A DNA stretch of 64,000 nucleotides. It comes from Candidatus Marinacidobacterales bacterium (GTDB taxonomy: Bacteria; Acidobacteriota; Vicinamibacteria; Marinacidobacterales; SMYC01). A model generated the notes under the pieces. It was not told where the DNA came from, searched no databases, and worked only from the letters and a program-made list of their open reading frames with translations. The DNA lies in contig CBDCYI010000011.1 of the NCBI GenBank assembly GCA_965224085.1, forward strand, positions 512,001-576,000, in the 5' to 3' direction. A program made the position numbers and the translations under genes. The stretch's first letter is position 1; each line of letters starts with the position of its first letter. Below, in pieces: positions 1 to 9,065 of this stretch.

Positions 1-289
1 TCTCGGGTCTCCGGAGAAGCCGTCCTTTCGCATCGACTGGGGTGCCCTCCTCGATGCCAAGCCTGACGTCGTCGTGGTGATGCCCTGTGGGTACGGCTCC
101 GATCAGGCAGCCTCTGAGTGGCGGTCGGGCTCGGTGCCGAGGGGCTTGAACGCCCGCATTTTTGCCGTCGACGCGAATAGCTACTTCTCGCGCCCGGGCC
201 CGCGCTTGGCTACCGGCGTCGAGCTTCTCGCGCACTTGCTGCATCCGAAGCGCGCCCCGGCCGTGGGCAACTTCGTCGACTTGAGCTAG
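1..289 (+). CDS. Cobalamin/Fe-siderophore ABC transporter substrate-binding protein (BtuF-like), 3' part, cut by window edge
   Basis: C-terminal motifs KPDVVVVMPCGY and FAVDANSYFSRPGPRL are typical of this periplasmic binding family. Confidence 0.75.
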   Translation, partial: LGSPEKPSFRIDWGALLDAKPDVVVVMPCGYGSDQAASEWRSGSVPRGLNARIFAVDANSYFSRPGPRLATGVELLAHLLHPKRAPAVGNFVDLS

Positions 290-514
290 AGTCGTACAAT
301 CGGACCCAAGCCTCTCTTGCTACTCATCGCTATTTTGTAGTAAATGCTTCAAAATCATGGCGACTGCGGGACGGCCTCGTGCTTTCGACACCGATGCCGC
401 GCTCGAGCTTTTCTGGAAGAACGGCTACCGCGTCACGACCACCCGCGAGCTCAGCGGTTAGACAGACCCGCCGGCCGCGGTGGTTCCCGGGTCCGTTACC
501 ACCGTAGCGGCGAG

Positions 515-2356
515 CTAACGGCTCAGCCTGAAGCGTTGGCGCACGCGCATCTTGACGCGCACCGGCTCGTTGTTCCTCTTCGCGGGTTCGTAGCGCCATT
601 CGGCGAGCGAGTCGAGCACCGCCTTATCCAATATTGCGCCCGCGGATTCGAGAACGACGAGCTCGGTCGGAACGCCCTCTTCGGTGAGGACGAACTCAAT
701 AGTGACGCGTCCTTGCTGCTTGAGCTTGCGTGCCATCGGCGGGTAGCCCGGCGGTTTGCCGGAGATGCGTTTCGCGGCCGTGTCGTCCGGCCCGAGCTCG
801 ACGATACCTGCTGGCCCCGCTGCTCCGGCTGGCCCCGCTGGCGCGCTCGAGGCGGCACTCGCCTTTGCCGCGGTGCGCACGGCGCGCGCGCGCAGGCGAG
901 CCACGAGGTTGACGCTTTCTCCCGCTCGGGCCACCACCACGGAGCGCCAGGAGTTGTAGCCTTTGCGCGAGACTTGGATCTCGTGCTGTCCCGGCTCGAG
1001 CTCGACATCCTCGAGAGGCGTTTGGCCGGAGCGTTCCCCGTCGATTGTCACGGCGGCGCCGGCGGGCACGGATTCCAGGAACAGGCTGATACGTGCGCTT
1101 TGAAGCGCGAAGACGAGCGGCTCGATGGCGTCGCCTGCGACGAGCTCGAATCGCTCCTCGAGAGGAAGAAAGCCTTCTTTTTCGACGCGCACATCGTGCT
1201 CGCCGAACGCCATCGGCGGTAGCTCTATGGATGAGCTCCCCAGGAGCTCCCCGTCGAGAAAGACTTCCGCCGCGACAGGGTCCGTCTCGATAACGACGCC
1301 TTCCGCCAAAGGGTCCGGCGCCAAGAGAGCAAAAAGCCCGATGAAAGCCGCTGCCGCCACCGCCGCCCCTGCCGCGATGAGCTTTTGCTGTTGGCTCAGT
1401 TGGCTCAGTTGGCTCAGCACCTTGTGCCTGGGCTTCCGCTCGGTGACGCTCGACCGCGACTCCGCCGCGGGAACGGGAAGCTCTGCGGTCTCCTCGTCGT
1501 CGAGCAGCAGCACAATCGGCTCGTCCTCCGGTGCGGTGACCTCCAGTCGGTCGAACTGCTCGAGGTTCAACGCCGAGACGAACTCCGAGAACTCCGCGAA
1601 TCGTTGCTCGGGCTCTTTGGCGAGCGCTTTCGCGAAAATGTGCTCGTACTCCGAAGGGAGCCGCGCGTTTTGTTGATGCGGCGGCACCGGCGGGCTGTTT
1701 ACTATTTTGTAAACGACGGTTGTGATGTTCTCTCCGGGAAACGGTTTTTGACCGGTGAGCATCTCGTAGGTCACGACCGAGAGGGAATAGAGATCCGCGC
1801 GCGCGGTGAGCTCGCCGCCGATGACTTGCTCGGGCGACATGTAAGACGGCGAGCCCAGAAACTGACCGGCGGTCGTCATCACCGAGGATTCGAGATGTGC
1901 GAGACCGAAATCGGTGATGATCGAACGGCCGTCCGGGAAAACCATGATGTTCGCCGGTTTGATGTCACGATGGTACACACCGCGTTCGTGCGCATAGGCG
2001 AGGGCGTCCGCGGTGGGCGCCACGATCGAGAGTGTTTCCTCGAGCGTGAACGTGCCTTTTTCGGACAAGAGCGTCAGGAGGTCCTTGCCGTCCAGGTATT
2101 CCATGACGTAGTAGTTTTCGCCCACGTCGAAGATTTTGATGATGTTGAGATGGGTTAAGCCGCCTGCGGCGCGCGCCTCACGTTGAAAGCGCTTGACGAC
2201 ATCGCCGGTTTTGTCTTGCTCTACGATATCGTCTTTGAGCGTCTTGATCGCGACTTTGCGGTCGCTGAGCGGGTCGAGCGCCCGGTAGACTTTACCCATA
2301 GCGCCTTGGCCAATCTCGGCCTCGACCTCGTAACGTCCGAATTTGAGCTTTTTCAT
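515..2356 (-). CDS. Hanks-type Ser/Thr protein kinase with TM helix, two PEGA domains and a C-terminal TonB_C domain
   Basis: Kinase motifs GQGAMGKVY, VAIK, HRDIKPAN, DFGLA, YMSPEQ; hydrophobic IAAGAAVAAAAFIGLFALLA; PEGA-like ETDPVAAEVFLDG and ESVPAGAAVTIDG; TonB_C-like YPPMARKLKQQGRV...WRYEPA. Start placed at MKKLKFG (2356). Confidence 0.88.
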   Translation of the reverse strand: MKKLKFGRYEVEAEIGQGAMGKVYRALDPLSDRKVAIKTLKDDIVEQDKTGDVVKRFQREARAAGGLTHLNIIKIFDVGENYYVMEYLDGKDLLTLLSEKGTFTLEETLSIVAPTADALAYAHERGVYHRDIKPANIMVFPDGRSIITDFGLAHLESSVMTTAGQFLGSPSYMSPEQVIGGELTARADLYSLSVVTYEMLTGQKPFPGENITTVVYKIVNSPPVPPHQQNARLPSEYEHIFAKALAKEPEQRFAEFSEFVSALNLEQFDRLEVTAPEDEPIVLLLDDEETAELPVPAAESRSSVTERKPRHKVLSQLSQLSQQQKLIAAGAAVAAAAFIGLFALLAPDPLAEGVVIETDPVAAEVFLDGELLGSSSIELPPMAFGEHDVRVEKEGFLPLEERFELVAGDAIEPLVFALQSARISLFLESVPAGAAVTIDGERSGQTPLEDVELEPGQHEIQVSRKGYNSWRSVVVARAGESVNLVARLRARAVRTAAKASAASSAPAGPAGAAGPAGIVELGPDDTAAKRISGKPPGYPPMARKLKQQGRVTIEFVLTEEGVPTELVVLESAGAILDKAVLDSLAEWRYEPAKRNNEPVRVKMRVRQRFRLSR

Positions 2357-2464
2357 CAATCGACTCACTAACGAGGGGGAAAATCTGCGGCCGGGGCGTT
2401 CTGCACAGCATTGCAACCGGCCATATAAGATATCCCTTCGCGGGGCCGATTGCAAAAGGGCTAT

Positions 2465-4519
2465 CTATCGACCCTCCAGGAAGGCCACGACGACGTCTAC
2501 GAACTTCTCGCGCTCTTCGATCGGCGCGAAGTGCCCGCTTGCGGAAAAGAGCTCGAAACGCGCATCGGCGATGCCGTCGGCCACCGCACGGCCTTTTTCC
2601 GGCGGCAACAGGTCATGAGCACCGCTGATGACGATGCTCCGGGCCGTGATCTTGGTGAGGTCGTCGCGGGCGTCGAATGAGGGCCATTCCACGTTGGCGT
2701 ATTGTGCGTGCGCCCAGCTGAACTCGGTATTGCGAAAGAGCTCCGGCAACCGCTTCCGGTTCTTGTCGGGCTCGGCGAGCATGTAGGGAAACCAGATTTC
2801 GGTGTCGAACGTGCGCACACGCACCGCCTGCTCTTCACCCGTGAGCTCGGCCGCGTCCATCTCTTTTTGAAAGCGCCCGAATTCTTGCATGAGCGTCGGG
2901 TAGCGCTCGCCCAAGCCCCTTCTGTCCTCGGGCGTGAACGTGGCATTTCCATGCAGGAAAATCGCGGCGTCGATCTTCTCCGGATACTCTGCGGCGAGCA
3001 GCATGAGATTCGATGCGCCGTTCGACCAGCCGATCGCGTTAACTTTGGAAAGACCCAAGTGCTTGCGAAGCGCGTGAAAGTCCAGACGCACGGCCGCGGC
3101 CCCTAGGTCCTCGCTTGTTCTGGCTTCGCCCGAAGCGCCCATGCCGCGGGGGTCGAAGTAGACCATCGTGACGTATCGCTCGAGCGGCCGATACGTGGCG
3201 CGCAGTCCGTCGAGCGAGAGCCCCCACGAGTTCGGAACCGTCATGAGCACGGGGCCCCTGCCGCGCACTTCGTAGTGGATGTCGAAGCCGTTGAGCTCGG
3301 CGGTGAACGAGCCGTTTCGAAGCTCGGGCGCGGGACGGAAGACCTTGCCGGCTTTCATCACGAAGACGACGTTTCCGAGCGCCGAGATGTCTTCGAGCGG
3401 GTTGCCGGCAACGGCGACGATATCCGCTTGCAGCCCGGCTTTGAGGTCGCCCACGCGATCGGACACCATGAGCGCTTCGGCGGCGCGCGAAGTCGTGCTC
3501 ACGATCGCGTCTTTTTCCGGCTGGCCCGCGGCCACGCGCCGCTCGAACTCTATCGCCGTCTCGCCCGACCACACCCATCCGGCATTGGCGTCGGTGCTGA
3601 AGATGATGGGGACGCCTTTTTCGACCGCATGCGTGAAGACTTCGGTGCGCACGGGGAGAAACTTTGCCGTCCATTCGAGCGCTTTGTCCGAGTAGCCGAA
3701 CTTCGCGCCATGCAGGATGTAGTACTCGCCGAGATAGAGGTTGGGGGAGTAGTAGATGTTCCGCTCCACCATGAGGTCGAGGACGTCGTCCGTCAGAAGC
3801 GCCCCGTGCTCGAGCGTGCGCGTGCCCGCGAGGATCGCGCGCCGCGCGCCTTCCGGCGCATGCGCGTGGGTGGAGACAGGAATCCCGGCCTTTTGCGCTT
3901 CGTCCATCGCCCACTCCAGCTGCTCGAGCGAATGGGTTGCCGTCCCGCCTGCGCGGCTGCTGCGGGTCGCGAAGACTTTGAGCCAGTCGACGCGGGACTC
4001 GATGCGCTTTTGTACTTCTGCGCGCAAGAGCGCTTCGTTCGCGGGCTCGGCGCCTTTTTGGACAGCGTCCCCTTCGGCTCCCGGGGCGTCCCCGTCGGAG
4101 ATCCACCGTCCCGAGACGAGAAGCCTCGGGCCTGGGACGAGCCCCTCGTTGATGGCGTCGCGAAGATCGATGTCCTCGTAGCGCGGGCTTCCCAGCGTTC
4201 GCACCGTGGTGAAGCCGTGCTCGAGCAAGGTGCGGGCGCTATAAGCCCCCCAAAGCGAGCTGAGAGAGGGCCGTGCCTCGTCCCGGCCAAAATGGGTGGT
4301 GATGTGAACGTGGCTGTCGATGAGGCCCGGAAGCACGGTGTAGCCACGCAGGTCGATGACCTCCGTCCCCTCGGGAGGCTCGCCGGAGCCGCCAGAGCTA
4401 AAGGACGTGATTTTGTCGCCCTCTATAATAAGGATGGCGCCAGGGTGAGCGTTTCCTTGACCGTCGATGGCGAGGTCGGTGCGGATGGCGAGCGATGCCA
4501 GGAGCAAAAGCTTAATCAT
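2465..4519 (-). CDS. Fusion of a metal-dependent amidohydrolase (Xaa-Pro dipeptidase-like) and an alpha/beta hydrolase (proline iminopeptidase-like)
   Basis: N-half PGLIDSHVH, WLKVF, STHAH, LEHG, FSTD; C-half DPRGMG, GWSNG nucleophile elbow, SGHF; short N-terminal hydrophobic signal. Confidence 0.85.
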   Translation of the reverse strand: MIKLLLLASLAIRTDLAIDGQGNAHPGAILIIEGDKITSFSSGGSGEPPEGTEVIDLRGYTVLPGLIDSHVHITTHFGRDEARPSLSSLWGAYSARTLLEHGFTTVRTLGSPRYEDIDLRDAINEGLVPGPRLLVSGRWISDGDAPGAEGDAVQKGAEPANEALLRAEVQKRIESRVDWLKVFATRSSRAGGTATHSLEQLEWAMDEAQKAGIPVSTHAHAPEGARRAILAGTRTLEHGALLTDDVLDLMVERNIYYSPNLYLGEYYILHGAKFGYSDKALEWTAKFLPVRTEVFTHAVEKGVPIIFSTDANAGWVWSGETAIEFERRVAAGQPEKDAIVSTTSRAAEALMVSDRVGDLKAGLQADIVAVAGNPLEDISALGNVVFVMKAGKVFRPAPELRNGSFTAELNGFDIHYEVRGRGPVLMTVPNSWGLSLDGLRATYRPLERYVTMVYFDPRGMGASGEARTSEDLGAAAVRLDFHALRKHLGLSKVNAIGWSNGASNLMLLAAEYPEKIDAAIFLHGNATFTPEDRRGLGERYPTLMQEFGRFQKEMDAAELTGEEQAVRVRTFDTEIWFPYMLAEPDKNRKRLPELFRNTEFSWAHAQYANVEWPSFDARDDLTKITARSIVISGAHDLLPPEKGRAVADGIADARFELFSASGHFAPIEEREKFVDVVVAFLEGR

Positions 4520-4597
4520 GGCTTTACCTCTCTCGGACCACGTTAATATAGAATGTAGGCCGGTACGTCAATCCGCCTTTGGAGGCTAGGTTCACAA

Positions 4598-5920
4598 ATG
4601 TTCAACCGTCAAATTTTTGGAATACCTATTGTCGTGCTGTCCCTCGTCGGCACCGCCTCGGCGCAATGGACCGCTGACAAGCCGGGAAGCGACAACATCG
4701 AGGTCCTGTCGCACGTTCCGCTCGGCCCGCGCCTCAGTGTCTCCGATCTCGACCTCGAACAGGAGATGGATCGTCCTTACGCCTATGTCGGCCGCATGGT
4801 CTATGGCACCGAGGGCGACAAGGGCATCGACATCATTGATCTCAGCGATCCCCGGAACGCGAAGCGCATCTATTCCTGGCGTATCGAGGACCAAGACTTG
4901 CATTTGGGGACGGGCGGGATGGACGCCAAGCACTTCAAGTACAAGGATCGCTACTACGTCGTGCAGTCGCTCCAGTTTCGCCAGGGCGGGCCGGATAACG
5001 ACCTCGGCGCCGTCGTGCTCGATGTGACGGACCTGCCGGATCCGACGAAGGTCAAAGAAGTCGCTCGCATCCGTGAACCGGACCATCCCGGCGGCTTCCA
5101 CAATATTTTCATCTACAAGCACAGCAACGGAGCCGTCTTGCTCTTTACGACGGTTTCGGGGCCGTTTTCGCACGTATACGATCTCGGCCGTGTCGTCGAT
5201 GGCGACCTCCCGAACGCGCTCGTCGCCAAAGTCCCGGTCCCGAACTCCGAGAGTGAGCGTCGCGGCTATCATGACTTCTACGCTGGCTATCATCCGGATT
5301 CAGCCGAGGATCGTTTCTACGGCGGCGGCACGGGCGGCTACTACGTCTATAACGTTACCGATCTCGAAGACCCCAAGCTTCTCGTCTCGCTCACCGGCAT
5401 CCGCGGCGTCAAAAACGGCCACACGTTCACGCCCACGCCCGACGGCCGCTATGTCATCGCCGAAACGGAGTATCAGTACGCGCCGCTTCGTGTTTTCGAC
5501 CTCAAGCCAGGCCTCGACAAGGAAGTCGAGACGATCTCGAGCCCTATCGGTGCATGGACGGCGGATTGGAGAAATCTCGCCCATAACCACGAGATCCGTT
5601 GGCCCTACGTGTTCGTCTCCGCTTATCTCGATGGACTCCAAGTCTTCAGCTTGATGGACCCGAAGAACCCGACGACAGTAGCGTATTACGACACCTATAC
5701 CGGCCCGCCCAACACGGAGCGCTCCGCGGTGTTCAACGGTGCTTTCGGTGTCGACGTGCGCAACAAGGATGGGCTCATTGTTGTGAGCGACATGACGACC
5801 GGCTTCTGGGTCTTCCGAATGGAAGGCTTCCAGGGCTGGAAGGGCGAGGACTGGGGTGTGCCGAACATCTCGAGCGCCCAGGACTGGGAGACGATTCCGG
5901 GATCGGACGGAAATCACTAA
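4598..5920 (+). CDS. Secreted LVIVD-repeat / choice-of-anchor B-like beta-propeller protein
   Basis: Signal peptide ending ASA-Q; repeats IDIIDLSDP, VVLDVTDLPDP, YVYNVTDLEDP, LQVFSLMDP; His motifs FHN, YHD, GHT, AHN. Confidence 0.7.
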   Translation: MFNRQIFGIPIVVLSLVGTASAQWTADKPGSDNIEVLSHVPLGPRLSVSDLDLEQEMDRPYAYVGRMVYGTEGDKGIDIIDLSDPRNAKRIYSWRIEDQDLHLGTGGMDAKHFKYKDRYYVVQSLQFRQGGPDNDLGAVVLDVTDLPDPTKVKEVARIREPDHPGGFHNIFIYKHSNGAVLLFTTVSGPFSHVYDLGRVVDGDLPNALVAKVPVPNSESERRGYHDFYAGYHPDSAEDRFYGGGTGGYYVYNVTDLEDPKLLVSLTGIRGVKNGHTFTPTPDGRYVIAETEYQYAPLRVFDLKPGLDKEVETISSPIGAWTADWRNLAHNHEIRWPYVFVSAYLDGLQVFSLMDPKNPTTVAYYDTYTGPPNTERSAVFNGAFGVDVRNKDGLIVVSDMTTGFWVFRMEGFQGWKGEDWGVPNISSAQDWETIPGSDGNH

Positions 5921-5951
5921 TCACTAATCACTAATCACTAATCACTAATCA
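5912..5951 (+). repeat. Heptamer tandem repeat (AATCACT)x5 plus AATCA
   Basis: Read directly: it includes the stop codon of the upstream gene and ends immediately before the ATG at 5952. Confidence 0.97.
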
Positions 5952-6542
5952 ATGAAACTCTTTCTGGCGCTTTTCGTGATGGCAGCTTCGGCGAACGCCG
6001 CGGAGCGCCCCTCGTCTCCGTGGAGCGTGCCCTTTGGCTTCGGGGGCGTTGTGTGCAGCGGGACGACAATTTCCGGGGCTTTTGCAGCACTTCCCGATCT
6101 TCCGTCGAACTATTACGGGATCGAGATGGTGCCGACAAAGCGTGTTCTGGGGACCGGCAACGGCGTGGGGCTCGGGAAAGTTACTTTTTCGAGCTCGCCT
6201 TACGGCGTAGCCGTGTCACCATCCGGCACTTACTTGGTCGACATTAAGATGGCGCTTCGACGGATCAAGAAACCCAAGAAAGGCTTTCTGACGGCGTGGG
6301 CCACCAAGGATGACTTGTCGGAGACGACGCGGCTAGGCGTGCTCGATGACGACTTCCATGTTTCGGGCAAGGCGGCTTGGAACAAGTTTCTTCTCGTCGT
6401 CTCGCTCGAGCCGACGGACGAGCCGACCGAGAAATGGAGCGGGCCGATCGTGATGCGCGGCATGTCGCGAAGTGGCATGATGCACACCCTCGCCGGCCAC
6501 GGCCCGTACCAAGCGGAGCCCTGCGCGAAGTACGGATTCTGA
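5952..6542 (+). CDS. Secreted hypothetical protein, in an operon with the multicopper oxidase
   Basis: Signal peptide MKLFLALFVMAASANA; 196-aa ORF; 2-bp gap to the next gene. Confidence 0.7.
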   Translation: MKLFLALFVMAASANAAERPSSPWSVPFGFGGVVCSGTTISGAFAALPDLPSNYYGIEMVPTKRVLGTGNGVGLGKVTFSSSPYGVAVSPSGTYLVDIKMALRRIKKPKKGFLTAWATKDDLSETTRLGVLDDDFHVSGKAAWNKFLLVVSLEPTDEPTEKWSGPIVMRGMSRSGMMHTLAGHGPYQAEPCAKYGF

Positions 6543-6544
6543 TC

Positions 6545-8218
6545 GTGAAAATCGTGCTCAGCGTTATCTCGCTGGCTCTGTGCGCGTCCGTGTGGGCGCA
6601 GCGCGAGCATCACAACATCAAAGGCGGCGATCCGAAAGCGTGGCGCATGCCGCCGCACGATTTCCCCATGCCGCCCCTTCCGGGAATCGCGACCGCGGTG
6701 CCGATTGTCGGCCCGTTCCTCGCGCGGATGGACGCCGGCGATCTCTCGCAGTTTCCCGAAGCGAAGCCGGGCGAGATCGTGGAGATGACCGACGGCGAAA
6801 AGCTCGTCTTGCGCGCGAGCATCGTGCGCCGTACGTTGAACGGCACAACGTTTCTGATGTACGGCTATAACGGCCAGTATCCAGGTCCACTCATCAAAGC
6901 CGAGCGGGGCTCGACCGTCATCGTCGAGCTCGTCAACGAGATCGAGATGCCGACGACGGTGCACTGGCACGGGCTCCGGCTCGATAACCGCTTCGACGGG
7001 GTCCCCGACGTGACGCAACCGGCGGTGGAACCAGGCGAGCGCTTCACGTACGAAATCTATTTTCCGGATACCGGAATTTACTGGTACCACCCGCACGTGC
7101 GCGAGGATATCCAGCAAGACCTCGGACTCTACGGGAACATGCTCGTGACACCGCCCGAGGCCGACTACTACAACCCGGTCAACAAGGAACAAGCGCTCAT
7201 CCTCGACGACATCTTGATGGACGATCTCGGGCCGTTCCCGTGGGGGGATCGTGCCGCTACCCATGCGTTGATGGGGCGATTCGGAAACGTCATGCTCGTC
7301 AACGGTGCACCCGGATACGAGCTCTCGGTCGAGCGCGGGGAAGTCGTCCGCTTCTATCTGACGAACGTTGCGAACTCGCGTACGTTCAACGTCGTCTTCG
7401 GCGGCGCCGGTATCAAAGTCGTCGGCTCCGACGTGAGCAAGTACGAGCGTGAAGAGTGGGTGGAGAGCGTTGTTCTCGGACCCGCCGAGCGCTACATCGT
7501 CGAAGTCCTCTTCGACGAGCCGGGCGATTTCGAGATGGTGAACTCTATCCAAGCGGTTGACGACTTCATGGGCGAGTTCCACCCGCATACGGATTTGCTG
7601 GGGACGGTGCACGTCGCCGAGACGCGTGTCGCCGAGAGCCACGCGGAAGTCTTTGGCGAGCTCCGCGAGCACGACGACGTGAAGGCCGACATCGACACTT
7701 TCCGGCAATATTTCGACAAGCCCGTCGACCACAGCCTCGAGCTCACGCTCGAGATCGAGAACTTGCCGATGCAACTCGTTCAGGCGATGCAGTTCGAAGC
7801 GGGGCTCTACGCGCCACCCATCGAATGGAACGACGCGATGCCGATGATGAACTGGCTATCGAGCGCCGAGCAGATCCACTGGAAGCTCCGCGATCCCGAC
7901 ACGGGCAAAGAGAACATGGACATCGAATGGAGCTTCGAGGTCGGCGAGGTCATCAAGATCCGGATCTACAACAACCCGGAAACGATCCACCCCATGAATC
8001 ATCCGTTCCACGTGCACGGCCAGCGCTTTCTCGTCATGGCACTAGACGGCGTTCCGAACGAGAATCTCGTTTGGAAAGATACGGCTATCGTCCCCGTCGG
8101 CACGACGATGGACATCCTCGTCGACATCACAAACCCTGGCGAATGGATGGCGCACTGCCACATCGCCGAGCACCTTCACGCGGGGATGATGATGTCGTTC
8201 ACCGTCACCGAGCCCTGA
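6545..8218 (+). CDS. Multicopper oxidase (CueO/laccase-like)
   Basis: All four Cu motifs: HWHG, WYHPH, HPFHVHG, HCHIAEHLHAGM; GTG start at 6545 followed by a signal peptide. Confidence 0.93.
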   Translation: MKIVLSVISLALCASVWAQREHHNIKGGDPKAWRMPPHDFPMPPLPGIATAVPIVGPFLARMDAGDLSQFPEAKPGEIVEMTDGEKLVLRASIVRRTLNGTTFLMYGYNGQYPGPLIKAERGSTVIVELVNEIEMPTTVHWHGLRLDNRFDGVPDVTQPAVEPGERFTYEIYFPDTGIYWYHPHVREDIQQDLGLYGNMLVTPPEADYYNPVNKEQALILDDILMDDLGPFPWGDRAATHALMGRFGNVMLVNGAPGYELSVERGEVVRFYLTNVANSRTFNVVFGGAGIKVVGSDVSKYEREEWVESVVLGPAERYIVEVLFDEPGDFEMVNSIQAVDDFMGEFHPHTDLLGTVHVAETRVAESHAEVFGELREHDDVKADIDTFRQYFDKPVDHSLELTLEIENLPMQLVQAMQFEAGLYAPPIEWNDAMPMMNWLSSAEQIHWKLRDPDTGKENMDIEWSFEVGEVIKIRIYNNPETIHPMNHPFHVHGQRFLVMALDGVPNENLVWKDTAIVPVGTTMDILVDITNPGEWMAHCHIAEHLHAGMMMSFTVTEP

Positions 8219-8714
8219 AGTTGTAAGCCCGTTGGGCTGATTCAGCTAGAGATACACGTCTTTCCGATGGCCTTATCTCGGCGTTGAAGACTACAGACGA
8301 GGCCTTTCGCTGGCTCGACAATGAGTTGATTGCCCAGATGTTAAGGACACGCTCTGGCTGTGTCTTGAACCTCGTCAACAGGCTTCGATGCCCACGTACC
8401 GGCACCGCGTCGAACCTTTTGTCTCTCGCGATGCGTCCGGATGAATTCTAATCGCCCACCTCGAGACGAAAATCTTGCTCAATCTGGCTCCGACGGTTGG
8501 CCTTCGGGATAGAAATGGCTACCTGTATCATCGGTCGGGAGTAGCGTCGGCGACGACTTCTTCGGCCGGCCCCTACCACGGAAACAGCCGAAGCAAGGGT
8601 CTTCCACGCTCAGGGCTGTCAGTATTTCGACTGAAAGAACTGCACGGTGAACTTGGATTCGAAGGAGACCGCGGCGCGTCAAGGGTTCAGGCCGCACGAG
8701 AGATGCGCGGGCGT

Positions 8715-8957
8715 GGCTACCGATATCATGTCGAAGGCAGAAAACTACACTTGCACTTCAAGCATAGGGAGGCGATTGCTCTTTATGAGAAAGCCGTGGA
8801 GGCGGACCCGGGTTTTGCTTTGGCGTTCAACGGACTCGCCGAAGCGCATGCCATGCTGGGATACTCGGGGAAAGCGTCGGAATACAGGAGGCAGACCCTC
8901 GAACACCTGGACCGGCTCCCCGCACGCAAGCGGTATTACATTGAGGGATCTTTCAAG
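8715..8957 (+). pseudogene. TPR-repeat fragment (of the kind found in TPR-containing kinases)
   Basis: REAIALYEKAVEADPGFALAFNGLAEAHAMLG...LDRLPARKRYYIEG; no proper start or end; in frame with, but probably separate from, the downstream peptidase. Confidence 0.6.
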
Positions 8958-9065
8958 CTAACCTGTTCAGCCCTTCTCGGCGGATTCGGGGGAGAGGCTT
9001 CAGCGCCCGGGACATCCGGGAGACTGTGTTTGCAAAGAGGGAAAAAGAATGTTGGTATGCCGGCC

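Noticed and set aside
5912-5951. CRISPR array
   Set aside because: It is a 7-bp tandem repeat without spacers, and there are no cas genes in the window.
8475-9065. TPR-S9 peptidase fusion implied by the 955-aa ORF
   Set aside because: The upstream part is a degraded TPR fragment, and the peptidase has its own Met and signal-like segment at about 9066.
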